Part shown: positions 1 to 11,423 of the stretch, one piece after another
How positions within the stretch are numbered: position 1 is the stretch's first letter
Layout: every line of letters begins with the position of its first letter
Assembly: GCA_047495785.1 (NCBI GenBank)
Contig: JBLDXI010000013.1
Span: 1,922,001 to 1,986,000, forward strand
Length of the DNA: 64,000 nucleotides
Source: Lepidodermella squamata
Taxonomy: Eukaryota > Animalia > Gastrotricha
Direction: 5' to 3'
The notes under the pieces: generated by a model
Database searches by the model: none
What the model was told of the DNA's origin: nothing
Seen by the model: the letters and a program-made list of their open reading frames with translations, nothing else
Program-made: the position numbers and the translations under genes

Positions 1-481
1 TTGCACTTGATTGACTAGATCAGATCACATCAATATAGACATTAGCTATCAAAAATGATTGGGATAATCATGATTAAACAAGCAAACAAGCAAACAAGCG
101 CAACAGACATTCTTCATGGTTGAGAGTAATATTCCGTCAGTAATTGTCACTCGCAAGACATAATGATGACGCGTGCATGTCGTGTTTTTTTAATCTGTCC
201 GTTATTTGAATGATTGATTTGATATTGAAAGAAATTTCATTATGACGGGTGTTATCAACTGCACCAGGGTCTATGATTGAGATGTTTTGAGTTGAAGTTC
301 ATCTGAGCTGAAATCGTACATTTGATGTGCCTGCCAGATGATTGACTGCAATTAGTCATCGTCTAACACTTCCACACCCCAATGCGCAGTAATTGCCAAG
401 GTTAGGTATATAGGTAAATCCTGGTTTAAGACTCGAGCAAGTCATTCAATTTCTTTACTTCTCCACCTTAAAATTACAATA

Positions 482-1041
482 ATGTTCATAAATTGCGATA
501 TTGTCATCAGCGTTTTCCTTATCGTATCGTTTGCTCTAAGGCTGCTAGCAGCTAGGCCCGGGACCAGTGAACAGCCATTAAGCCATAAGCGATCACTTAT
601 TGCCGAAGCATTGACCAACTACCAGAACGATCTCTCCAAAGAAAATACACAGTCTAAACGAGACGAATTATTGGATAAAATCCTCAAAGGTAAAAATGAT
701 AATTTCGGTAACATGAAATGCAATGCAACGAATTCCTCACTCTTTCAGAAAGTTTCTGGAATCTGCTGAAGAAGCGGCATAACGTGAAAGGTGCTCTTCA
801 AATTCTACGAGTGATCAATGCTCGGATTAAATCTAGGCGGTTGAAATACTGCATGGAAGTTTTGACACTGGCTCTTTGCACTAACACAAGCCCAGAGCCT
901 TTCTACATGTGGGCACGCGTGGCTGCTCAAGGCCTGCTAGATCGCCATTCAACGGTGGAGGAATTGACCATTGAGAGAGCCTTGTCACAAGTTCAACTGA
1001 ACCCATCACATGAATCCACAGTTCCAGCCGCCTCCTTATAA
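482..1041 (+). CDS. Small secreted helical protein of unknown family, copy S1 (exons 482-689, 749-1041)
   Basis: Hydrophobic signal peptide and two KR sites. A phase-1 GT-AG intron at 690-748 joins ORFs 482 and 718 (..KILK|ESFW..). Motif RLKYCMEVLTLALCTNTSPEPFYMWARVAAQ is shared with four other loci in the window. TATA-like element at ~407. Confidence 0.85.
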
Positions 1042-2417
1042 TATAGCATCTAAAAACTATTCATCGCTCTATTAATTTGCGATTAGGTTCCGTAGAACCG
1101 AAGTGCTAGATGATTTTTACGATACGAACCGAAGTTCGTATCGATGTAACCGGCGTTCGACTGGGGAAACTTAAATTGCTCAAGCCCTTGATGTCTAGCT
1201 CTTTTTTTTAATTTTTTATCTGGTTTTCGAAGATTTTCGGTTTCAATAAAAATCATCGAGTATGAATCTTGCATTCCCGATTGTTTCGCGAAGCAGCTTA
1301 CTGATGCGCTATCTGGTCGAATCTTTGAAATTTGATAACAAACTGATAACTTATAATTCCATTTCGTATCAAATGAGCGCTCAAAATTACCCGCTAATTT
1401 TTTTCACTTAATTCAGTGTATCCATGTTTTCGATCGCCAAAAATCAGGTAAAAATCTTAAAATCACCAAAATCGAGAGATGAATAAGGAATCGCATTACA
1501 CACGTTAGAAGTGAAAATCATTGATTTATGAGTTGAAATAACTGATTTTTAATGTTCGAAAAGCTTAGTTTTGTCTATAGATGGTTTTGTCCAAAATGAC
1601 CTACTGTTTCCTACCGTAGTTGCTTTGCACCTGTTGGCGTGTTAACCCCGCGCGAATTACGAACATTCTCTCTCTCTAGGCTTACCAATCAATCAGATGC
1701 CCCGTTTGTTTTTCATCAGATCAACAAATTGCATTTAACCCTGATTTTGTCCTATATGCTACAACAGGTTAGATTTTTCCAAACCTCTGAGATTTTTCCT
1801 GAAGAAACATAACTAAAATAAATGGGCCACGTCACTGTAAGAAGCTTGCCACGGTTTCTTTGGCAAATCATCCCTATGTACATTAGCAATGTCATTATTA
1901 TCCACTTGATCGACATGGTACTTGTCAATTAGCATCGGAGATGATTAGGTCATCTTAATGACTAGCTGCTGATTCTTAGTGGCTGGATATCAATTCATCA
2001 ATTATACCGTGACGCCCGCATTTATTTTAAATTCGCATATTCCTTGAATTGACGATTTGATAGCGATATTAAAGAACATTTAATTAGGGCGAGTGAAATT
2101 GAACTTGCATCGAGGACTGCATTCATGGAAATCGAAATTGCTTGTGTTGAAGCTCATCTCGGGAAAAATTAAACATATTAGGTGACGGACAGATTGATTG
2201 CGATTAACGATCCCTGTTGATTGCAATTAACGATCGTCTAATATTCACGCCCCAGTAAGCACAGCTTGGCTAAGGGTGCGAATAACGGTATATAATAACC
2301 GGGTTTTAAATTCATTCACTTCTTAATTCTCCGCCTTCCACCGAACTTCTCATGAATTGCGATACAGCCAGCGTTTTTCTTATTGTATCGTTTGCGTTAA
2401 GATTACTGGCTTGTCGA

Positions 2418-3315
2418 CCCCCCGAACGAAAATTTGCTGACTTTTCTAGATGTTTTTAGGTAAAGTACGGATGATAATTTTTTTGCCTCGAATTTCTTTA
2501 ATAACTCCCCAACCATGGGGAATTTTTTTGAGCGGGTTCCACCAGTCGATAGATCTAGTCTGTTGTAAACTTTCCCTGAATTCTCGTTTAATTTGGATAA
2601 AATTTGAGAAATTGGTGACGAAAATGCTTCTTGGGATTTTTGGTGAAAAGTTCATTTTTGAAAAATGCTATTTTACATCCGATGTGACTTGTGGCAATCA
2701 TTTTTCTTGTCAGAGGGTTCAGATTTAGCCGAGAGGTGGTCCACTATTCCTCCATGTCGCCGATCCCCACAAAAATCAACAATTGCACAACCCGAAACTT
2801 GCAGCTTTGCAAATTTGGTGCAGTCCCCCAAAAATGTCAAAACCCATTTGGATCTCATTTCGTTAACGATAAACGTTTCTGTCCGGTCCAAAGTGGAAAT
2901 CTCTGTTAACGGGGCTATATTGACATCACTCCCTGCTAAGAATATGGTCCAATTTAGCTTTACCACAGGAAAATGGCAAAAAACCGCTAAAAATTGGGAA
3001 ATAGCATTTTTCAAAAATGAACTTTTCAGCAAAAATCCCAAAAAGCATTTTTGTCACCAATTTCTCAAATGTTATCCAAATTAAACGAGAATTCAGGGAA
3101 AGTTTACAACAGACTAGATCTATCGACTGGTGAAACCCGCTCAAAACAATTCCTCATGGTTAGGGAGTTATTAAAAAAAATCGAGGCAAAAAAATTATCA
3201 TCCGTACTTTATTTACGCTTCGATGTTTTCTAGACGTTTATTTGGAATTGTCAATAAACGTCTGCAGAAGCTCTAGCCAAGTTGATACCTAGAAATGTCA
3301 GAGTAATGTCGGGGG
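2418..3315. mobile_element. Outer non-autonomous DNA element with imperfect CCCCCGA..CTGAC..TTCTAG termini
   Basis: cccccgaac..ctgacttttctag at ~2418-2449 resembles the reverse complement of ctagaaatgtcag..tcggggg at ~3289-3315. No clear TSD. Confidence 0.45.
2461..3211. mobile_element. MITE with ~210 bp terminal inverted repeats
   Basis: 2461-~2672 (taaagtacggatgataat...aaaaatgctat) is a near-perfect reverse complement of ~3001-3211. There is no transposase; the ORFs at 2450+ and 2926- mirror each other because of the inverted repeat. Confidence 0.9.
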
Positions 3316-4431
3316 TATATATTTTAGAGGGTTCCAGATAATCATTCCCAGCAATTATTTTGACCTTACTAGGCTTTCGTGTATCCGACTATTTATTGAT
3401 ATTTCTAGATGTTCATTTTACTAGAAAGCTGTCACGGAAGTTTTTAGACAATTCCAAATCAAGTTCAAGAAATTGCCATTTTATGTCTAGCGCACCCACC
3501 AAGTCGAGAAATATCGCGCGTGCCTCGAGAGCTAATTGGCAGAAAGGTCGCAGAAAAGAGCATCGCAAAAAATGGGGTCTGTAAAAGTCGCCAAAACTTC
3601 GATCCATTAACAAAAAGGGCTGGCAGTTATTCCGACCCGTTTAGACTGTTGCGCTTTATTAGCTAAAAACGTCATAGCAACCTCAAGCTAACGTATTTTT
3701 GGAACGACTTGGTCTATAAACATCGTTAAAACATCCATACGGTCAATAAATAGCTAAAACCAGTCAGGCCATTTTCGATCGGTTGAACATAAGCGATCAG
3801 TCGCCGAAGCATTGGCAAACGACCAGAATAACACCTTGAAAGAAAGCTCTCAATCTAAACGAGACGAATTTTTGGATAGAATCCTTAAAGGTACAAGATA
3901 ATTGAATTTAGCCGGTAGAGCAATATGCAATAAATTTCTCATCATTTCAGAGAGTTTCTGGAATCTACTGAAGAAGAAGCATGACGTTAAATCTGCTCTT
4001 CAAATTCTGCGAATGATCAATGGCCGGATTAAAGCTAGGCGGTTGAAAGACTGTTTGGAGGTGCTGACGCCGGCTCTTTGCAAAAACGCCAGCCCGGAAC
4101 CATTCTATATGTGGGCACGCGTGGCTGCTCAAGGTCTGTTGGATCGCCATGCGACCGCAAAGGAACTGGCTATAGAGAGAAAAGGTTAAAAGGTGCCAGA
4201 GGAAAAACTGAACCCATGAAGAACAGCACCCATAAACCTATTTTTCATTACTTGGTGTGTTAATTCATCCAGAATTTAGATGATAAAATCTTTATTGCGC
4301 AAGTCGTTGAGGTAGATTTGTTCTTGCTACATCTAGTTTGCGAGAATTTCATTGGTTTCCGACGATAAACCCTCGAAATAAGGTTAAGTTTTATTTCATT
4401 TTAAAACGAATTAGGCAGCTTTAATACAAAT

Positions 4432-5210
4432 CTAACAAAAGCACGATCGATGGCCTGAGCTATCCCCTTCATCCGTACTCGCCACTTCTTGCAGATTGAC
4501 GATGTTGTTTTGGCTGGAGGACAGCTTCGGCATCCCGCTTTCCTGAAGCGAACTAGCTGTCACCAGGAACAACTGCTGAATATTGTAGCCAGTTTTCGCT
4601 GAAACCTCCATGAAAGATGCGCCAATCGACTCGGCTTTCGCTTTCCCCTCCAAGGTGTCAACAACTTCAGGGCCATTAGCAACCGGACCGTGTCGGAGGT
4701 CGACTTTATTGCCAACTAGCATGATCAAGGCACTCTTACCCTGCTCAGATCTGACCTCTTTGACCCAATAGTCGACCTCGCTGAAAGAATGGCGATCGGT
4801 AACGTCGTACACAATTATTGCGGCATTTGACGACCTGATATAGCCAGGAATTAGAGATCGAAAACGTTCCTGGCCTACACGAAAATCGTGTTAAATTAAA
4901 TGATATTCAGTATATTGAGATATTTACCTGCAGTGTCCCACAGTTGCAGTCTCACAGGTGAACCGTTGACTCGAATAGTTTTAGAGAAAAAGTCGATGCC
5001 AATGGTACTCAAATAGCTTGGGTCGCATGTTTTGTACAGAAACTGGGTAAGAATCGAAGTTTTCCCGACTTGAATGACATTAGATTAGTTCATACAAATT
5101 TCAAATTTTTATAAAATACCTGCTCTTTCACCAAGAATCGTGATTTTGTATTTGAAAAGCCGAGGTATCGCCAAAGTACCGTTTTCTTCAACATTTTCTG
5201 TAACAGACAT
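4432..5210 (-). CDS. Rab6-like small GTPase (3 exons)
   Basis: The spliced product has GERAVGKTS, TIGIDFFSKT, LQLWDTAGQERFRSLIP, NKVD, SAK and a C-terminal CFC (CxC prenylation). The switch regions are Rab6-type. Confidence 0.9.
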
Positions 5211-5328
5211 TATTATTGTAAAATGAAGCGATGAACATGGTATCATTTTGGTGTATCAATTACCCACGCACGCTATTCCCGACCCTGAAATTATGCACGC
5301 ACCTGACTTCACCCGGAAATTCGTGGCA

Positions 5329-6208
5329 TCACACTCCTAACCCAGCGTAAAATTCCGAATTTTTATTACCTAAGCTCGGCTTGGATGTAATATCGGTAAG
5401 CGATGATTTCCTAATATCAGGGGCTGTAACCAAAAGCTGTTGTGTTGTTGGCTCCAGTTCGAGTCGCGTGTTAACAGATTTTGCCATGAAAGTGGACGCT
5501 AACAATTTAAGCAGCTCCGAGACATTTTGTCCAGATTTTGCCGAAACTTCGCAGTATGAAGCGTTCAATTTTGCAGCTTTCGCCTCCGCCTCTTCTCGTG
5601 TCACTTGTCTCTGAGTCGCAAGATCCAGTTTGGTCCCGATGATGATTACAATCGATCGATTCCTGCTCGGAAATTTTTCAATCCAGCTCTCGATAGAGAC
5701 AAAACTAAAATCAAATATTAAGAAAATCTTCATCATTTGAAAAAAATTACCTTTCTCTATTAGTGATGTCGTAAACGACAATGCATGCGGATGCGTCGGA
5801 AAGTGCTGGAGGGAGTAGTTTTTGAAAACGCTCGTTACCACTCGTATCGTACATCAGCAGTTGGACGTTTGAATTTGTCAGCAAAATGGGGTCGTCGCTG
5901 GTGTAGTTCGGGTGGTCACCCGCCACCTCGACCTTCAGGCCTTTCAGCAAGATATCGCCCGCTATGGTCGCGGCGTAGTTGTTCAAGAATCGATCGTTCG
6001 AAATTCGATCGATCAAAGCAGTTTTTCCGACTAAGCAGAAAATTGTTCTTAAAATTACACTGGAAATAACGCGTCATAAATTACCTGAGGATGCCCCGAC
6101 GAAAACGCTCTTATACGGCCGCTGCTTGATAATGTGTTTCGGCGGTTTATTCGGCAAATCGATGACGGGAATTTTCCCAGCGTCGAGCAATAATTCTTTG
6201 TTTTTCAT
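5329..6208 (-). CDS. Highly divergent Rab(6)-like GTPase paralog (3 exons)
   Basis: ATG at 6208. GASS|VGKT is split by an intron at the same position as in the neighbouring Rab. Also YAATIAGD, YDTSGNERF, VYDIT, GTKLD and EVSAKSG. No terminal Cys in the simplest gene model. Confidence 0.8.
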
Positions 6209-6473
6209 GGGCAGGAAGGAATTATTTGAAAATGAAGGATGAATAATGGCTGCGAAACGGTGTTGTGGACTCTGGCTGTAATTTTGTTGCTTTCACACAC
6301 GGTAGTGTTTCCGCATAAATTACACATAACTGCGGGATTATATTACCTGGTCTAAAATTGACCCCATTCAATGACTCATGACTCAAGGGAAATATCAGTA
6401 ATTTATTGTTGATTCCTTTGACCTGGTGACATTATATAATCATCATTTAATTTTTTTAAATCAAGTGATCAGT

Positions 6474-9400
6474 TCATTTTTTAGCCTCCGGACTAGCGTC
6501 AATAACGAAAACAGTTGATGTCGCACCGTCGATCCTAATACGAGCGCCATTCGGTATAAGATGAGTCGCTCGTTTGCAGCCAACCAAACACGGCAGTCCA
6601 TATTCTCGAGCTACAACAGCGCCATGCGATAAGAGCCCGCCTAGCTCAGTGATTAGACCAGTTATCAGCGGGAAATATGGCGTCCAGCCAACATCAGTGA
6701 ACGGTACAACTAAAATCTCGCCGTTTTTAATCAAATGAGCGTCGTTGAATGACGACAAGACGCGAGCGATGCCTTCGATGGATCCCGTACCCACCGGGAT
6801 GCCCTTTAAAGTAAGGTGGCTGTCCGGCGATGGGACCACATCGACCTCGGGAGGAATCGGCTCGGGATAGCCGTTGACCAGTTCGTCGAATTCAAGGTTC
6901 ATCAGGCGGTCGTATAAGCGGCGGCGGCGCAGGGCTTTGAAGATGAGCCGGGCCGAGCGGCGCTTGATCAGGGTGCCCAGTTCGTTGAGCGTGACGAAAT
7001 ATATCAAATCTTCGTCGGGTAGCGAGCCGCGTTCGGTCAGCATAACAGCCAAGCGGCGGAAAGCTTCTCGCGTGAAATCCATCGTCTTAATGGCCAAACT
7101 CTGAAATAACAAAATTTTGATGTGAATTTTCCCAAGGCGGCAAAATAAGAGTGATAATTGGACTCTCTAATGGACCGGTTAGGGATAGTCTCAATAGGGC
7201 ACTAAAATGTTGCACTGACCTTTCCCCATTCTCTGCGGCCAGCAGATCTGCGGGCATAGGGCAGGATCCACTCCATGAATCGTCGCTTCCCGCCAGTTAT
7301 AGGCTGGCTCAAGGCGTCAATCGCTTCTTGAACAGACAATTCACGTTTTTTAGATTTCTTATCCATATTCGCCTCAAAATCAGGCGTTTGAAGGATGGCT
7401 TTCACGGCTTCAACGACTTTTTCCGGCTCCTGGCGCCAAGATGTCTCGCGGAATTCCGACTCGCGAACACAACGATGGCCATGTTTAGCTATGAATGCTT
7501 TGAATAGCCGGCTAGGCTCGCCGGCACTCTCGTCCTCCCTCGGCGGGTGTAGCAGCCACTCAGCAGCTGGCTTGTTATCGAGCGCTAAAAACTTGGCCCG
7601 CTGGCCAGCTTTTGCGATGGCAACAGCCAAGCCCTCGATTTGCTTCGGAACATCCACCGTGTAAACGTCTGGGCAGCTTTGCAGCAGCGTCGCGACATCT
7701 TTCACGACAGACGCGTCCCACTTTTCAATGTCTCGATTAAGCATTTTCATCAGAGTGACTTGAAGTAGAATTGGACGCGAGCAAACGTGGACAAGTTCGA
7801 GCCAACCGCGGCGCATTAACTCGTTAGATTCAACAATTTGCTGGTACAGAATTTCAGGATCAGTCGCGTGGGGCGCATAAGTTTGGAGCAGCCGTTTTTC
7901 CAGCTTCAACGCACCCTTCTCCGGAAATGCCATCACGTAATAATGCTGAAGTTTGTGCAGCAAGTGCCAAAATTTCTGTTCGTTGTCAAGGTATTTCTGG
8001 CCCACGGTGTAATGCGGCAACTCGGGCTTCAATTCGCCGAAAATAGCCATTTCCATGACTAATTTGCCCTGTTGACTTGTCGACATCCCAGTCATCATAG
8101 TGTGATTAAGGAACGGGTGTTGGTTGAACATGTTGAAAACTCGGGGAGCCCGGATTCGGCGGAGAGGTCGAATGCCAATAACTTCGCAATCACGTGTCGC
8201 TGATGAGCTCAGCAAATCTGTCCAGATTCCGGCACTGAGAGGAGTCACCGCGCCTGGCATCATTTCCCTAACAAAGAAAATAAAAATAAATAAAAAAATA
8301 ACATTGGCATTGACGCCCTCTTCGGATCTTGTTTTTAAAAGGTTATTTTTTAATTTTTGAAAAATGCACGCTTGAAAAAGTTGAAATTTTCATGACAGCA
8401 CACTTCTTGGGATCATTCAAATCTATTCGCATTGTTTCACTGGTGAATTTGAATTCTATTCAGATTTTGAATTAAAAAGGTCAAGTGTTAGAAATAAAAT
8501 TCCACCTTAAAAATAAATAAATTAAAAAATTAATATAATTAATAATTAATAAAATAATAAAAGTTTTTATTATTTAAATTCTAATTTTTTTCCTACCTAA
8601 CATTTGCCGTTGTAATCCACTCGTTTTGACTGGCGACTGGCGTGTCGAATTCCCGCTCGAGCTCCCAGTCTTCCTCCTTATCCATGGTCGTAACAGGCCG
8701 AGCTTGCAAAATGCTTATTTCAGTCTTGCCATTCTGCCCCGTCGTCACCGCCCATTCGATATCACGAGCCGAGCCGAAAATGCGCTCGATCGCAATTCCA
8801 ACCTTGGCAAGACGCACTACAGTCTCGTCATCTAAGCAGGATTCTTTATGCTTCGATGAGTCGCCAACATCAGAGGTTGTCCGCTTTTTCGACCCGATTT
8901 TCGTGTGTTCAACATCAAACCGGTCCCAATCGATGAAATCATACCGCCTAACAGTGATTGTGTCAGGCTCGACTACGCCTGAAACTACGTCCTCGCCAAC
9001 TCCGAACGACGCGTTGATAACCATGCGAGCTAGCGAGCCGTTGTTCGGATCTCGGGTGAATAAAACACCGGCGGTATCGGCTGGGACGAGTCGTTGGATT
9101 AGGACACCCATCGGCGGGTCGAGCTTGGCGCAAATTTGACGGCGGTATTTCATGGCTCGAAAATCGAAATTCGAAGCCCAACACTTTTGTATAGCCTCCT
9201 CGATAGAAGTTTCTCCTTAAAATTAAATAATAAAATTCAATGAAAATTTGAATTTAATTTTTTTACCTTGAATGTGAAGTTGGGTCTCCATGATGCCGGC
9301 TGACGATGCCTCGGCGCTATCTTCACCCACAGCTGACGATCGAACCGCGACGAAGGTCGATTGCCACGATGAGCCAAACTTTTTCTCCATGTATCTTCGA

Positions 9401-11423
9401 ATTTCCGCTTTCAATTCAGGCGCGATCGGTGTTGTTTTGAATAATTTGACGATTTGTTCACAGGCAGCTTGAATCTGGTCAAGTTTCGGCTCTCGCAGAC
9501 ACCATTCGCCCCTCTTTCCACTTCCCAAGGCCACGAGTAATGCGTCGATCGCTGAACGAATTTCCGCGTTTGAATTGACCTGGTGCTCAAAAGCGCCGAC
9601 AGTAAGCGCGAAACCGTCTGGAACTACAAAATCGACATCAGGCGTGCTGGCCTGGAGTAGCAAAGCGAGTTTAGCCGATTTGCCACCAGTTACGGCGGAG
9701 AGACAGCAAACTGGCTCGTTCAGGCCGGCGCAAAATTGGTAATCAACAGAGCCGAGTCTTGGGGTTCGGGGCATGGCTAAGTTTCGAACTAGACCCGTTT
9801 TAGGGCCAATAGGTTCAGCGATGTCGTGAATACCGGGTCGAGGCTTTACCGGCTTCAAATGGAGTTCGTTTCTTAAATAAAATGATTTTAAATAAGTAAT
9901 ATAACAATTGAATTAAAATTACTTATGCTGATATTCGACGTTGCCATGGCCTAACACGCCGTTTACTTCAAACCTGGCCGGGCTCATGTAAATCAGAGCT
10001 TCCCAATCCTCGCCATGTGGCAGGGTGAGAGCGGATAGCCGTCGAACTTTCAGTGTGAATATCTCTCCCTTAGCCATAAAATGTAGCTCATACTCAACCG
10101 GGACATTGCTAGGCGAATCTGGGAAATTTTCCAACGCAATATCAGACCAAGAAACGGCGTAGACAAAACCATTAGGTTCCATTAAGAAGCCGCCGACGAC
10201 CTGTGATACCAAGCCGTTGGTGTCACAGACGCAAAACAGCGAGAAATTGACGCCATTTTCCAACATTCCCGAGTGGGACAGATATCTATGGTACGAGCTC
10301 CAGTCCCGCCGACCTCTTGTCCTATTTCGAATGCCCCATAAGTTCAAAGCAACGCGCTCTTCACGTCTTTCGCCGATTTCAATATTCTTGGCATCGTTCC
10401 CAAGAATTCTGATAAAACCACGCATTTCGCCCGACTGTTGAGTTTGCGTGATAGGAGCGTGCTGAGCGTTTTCGGCTGCTTTAGCCCGCAACTGGGACCA
10501 GTCTTCCTTTGCGAGTTGACGTGCTGCAAGGATAGGATGGGCGTCGATGAGGTGATCGGCCGGGTCGGCGAGGGCGCGGAACCAAACGCGGATGTCGACT
10601 TCAACATAGTCTGAAGTAGCAGGGGCGAGGCTGTTGGTCGCCGGGTCGAAGCCGTTGATAGGTAAGGAGGCTTCTTCGGGGCCATGTTGGCGCATTAGAC
10701 CGGCGTAGGCGAAACGGAATGTTTTGGCCGGTTCGATGGCGCGGAACCGCATCGCAGAACCTGCCATATACGCATCTTCAGATTCATCGCCATACGGAGT
10801 CTATTCATGGAAAGTCAAAAGCAGTGGATACAAAATTTGCCGATTATCCCCTTTAAATTTTAAAGCAAGCTGATTTTGTTAAATTCAGCCAGATGAAAAC
10901 TGAATCGAAAATTCTTTTAGTTTTTCAATTTTTCTAGCTTCAACTTGTTAGGTGATTCTTACCTCGTCCTGTACCAAAGTATCAGGATGTGCCGGGTGTG
11001 AGAAAGTTCGGCCGTCAGCAAGTCGGAGGACAAACCAGATTTCGATGCGGCCTTCAAGACGGCGACACATTTTGACGAGCAAAATATTGCCAGCTTTATC
11101 ACCGCCGACCAGGCCCCACGTATTGATCGCATGCTTATCGTTTTTCGCGAATTCATCGGGTGATTCCCAATCGTTTTCCTCTGCGTATTTTTTGTTGAAG
11201 CGCCGCCTTAATCGCCGCCGGACAGATCGAATGGACAGCAAAATGAGCGCAATCACAAATTTAACCCCATACCAGAGACCGTCTAGTTGATAGCTGAGTT
11301 AACTTGAAAATGAGACGGCTAATACTTACGATCTTGGCTGTAAAATCCCTTGATTTTCGGATATTTCTTACGCGTGAAATACGCGAAGGCAACGAAGGCT
11401 AAAATCGTCCAGAAGATACTCAT
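6474..11423 (-). CDS. PEP-utilising phosphotransferase of RPH (rifampin phosphotransferase)/PigC architecture with an N-terminal membrane segment and extra domain (7 exons)
   Basis: ATP-grasp/PPDK_N motifs GGKSAKL, VPDGF, VAVRSSAVGEDS..S.AG, AGVLFTRDP, DIEWA and LQARPVT; a central helical domain (HGHRCVRESE); C-terminal His-swivel GGLLSHGAVVAREYGLPC. Six GT-AG introns link the ORFs at 10948, 9919, 9223, 8593, 7202 and 6474. Confidence 0.9.

Larger units (their letters stand above)
2352..4189 (+). pseudogene. Secreted family copy S2, exon 1 disrupted by a ~1.35 kb nested TE insertion
   Basis: ATG at 2352 gives MNCDTASVFLIVSFALRLLA (matches S1), then runs into repeat sequence with an in-frame TAG at 2457-2459. 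Homology resumes at ~3780 (EHKRSVAEALANDQ..KRDEFLDRILK|intron|ESFW..WARVAAQ). The upstream region is homologous to that of S1. Confidence 0.75.

Noticed and set aside
1120-1143. Perfect 10 bp hairpin cgatacgaac-cgaa-gttcgtatcg downstream of S1 (another hairpin at 35833-35864)
   Set aside because: Not conserved after other family copies; probably repeat-derived, with no evidence for an ncRNA or SECIS.
2127-2140. ISRE-like GGAAATCGAAATT upstream of S2 (and GAAACCGAAG near S3), tempting for an interferon analogy
   Set aside because: Not positionally conserved in S1, S4 or S5, and expected by chance in AT-rich DNA.
2446-3233. Cluster of 60-140 aa ORFs on both strands
   Set aside because: They lie inside the MITE, mirror each other through the inverted repeat, and show no transposase motifs.
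6474-11423. Bacterial contamination or recent HGT suggested by the RPH/PigC-like gene
   Set aside because: It has six GT-AG introns in host style and is flanked by Rab and Ig-receptor genes; only an ancient origin remains open.
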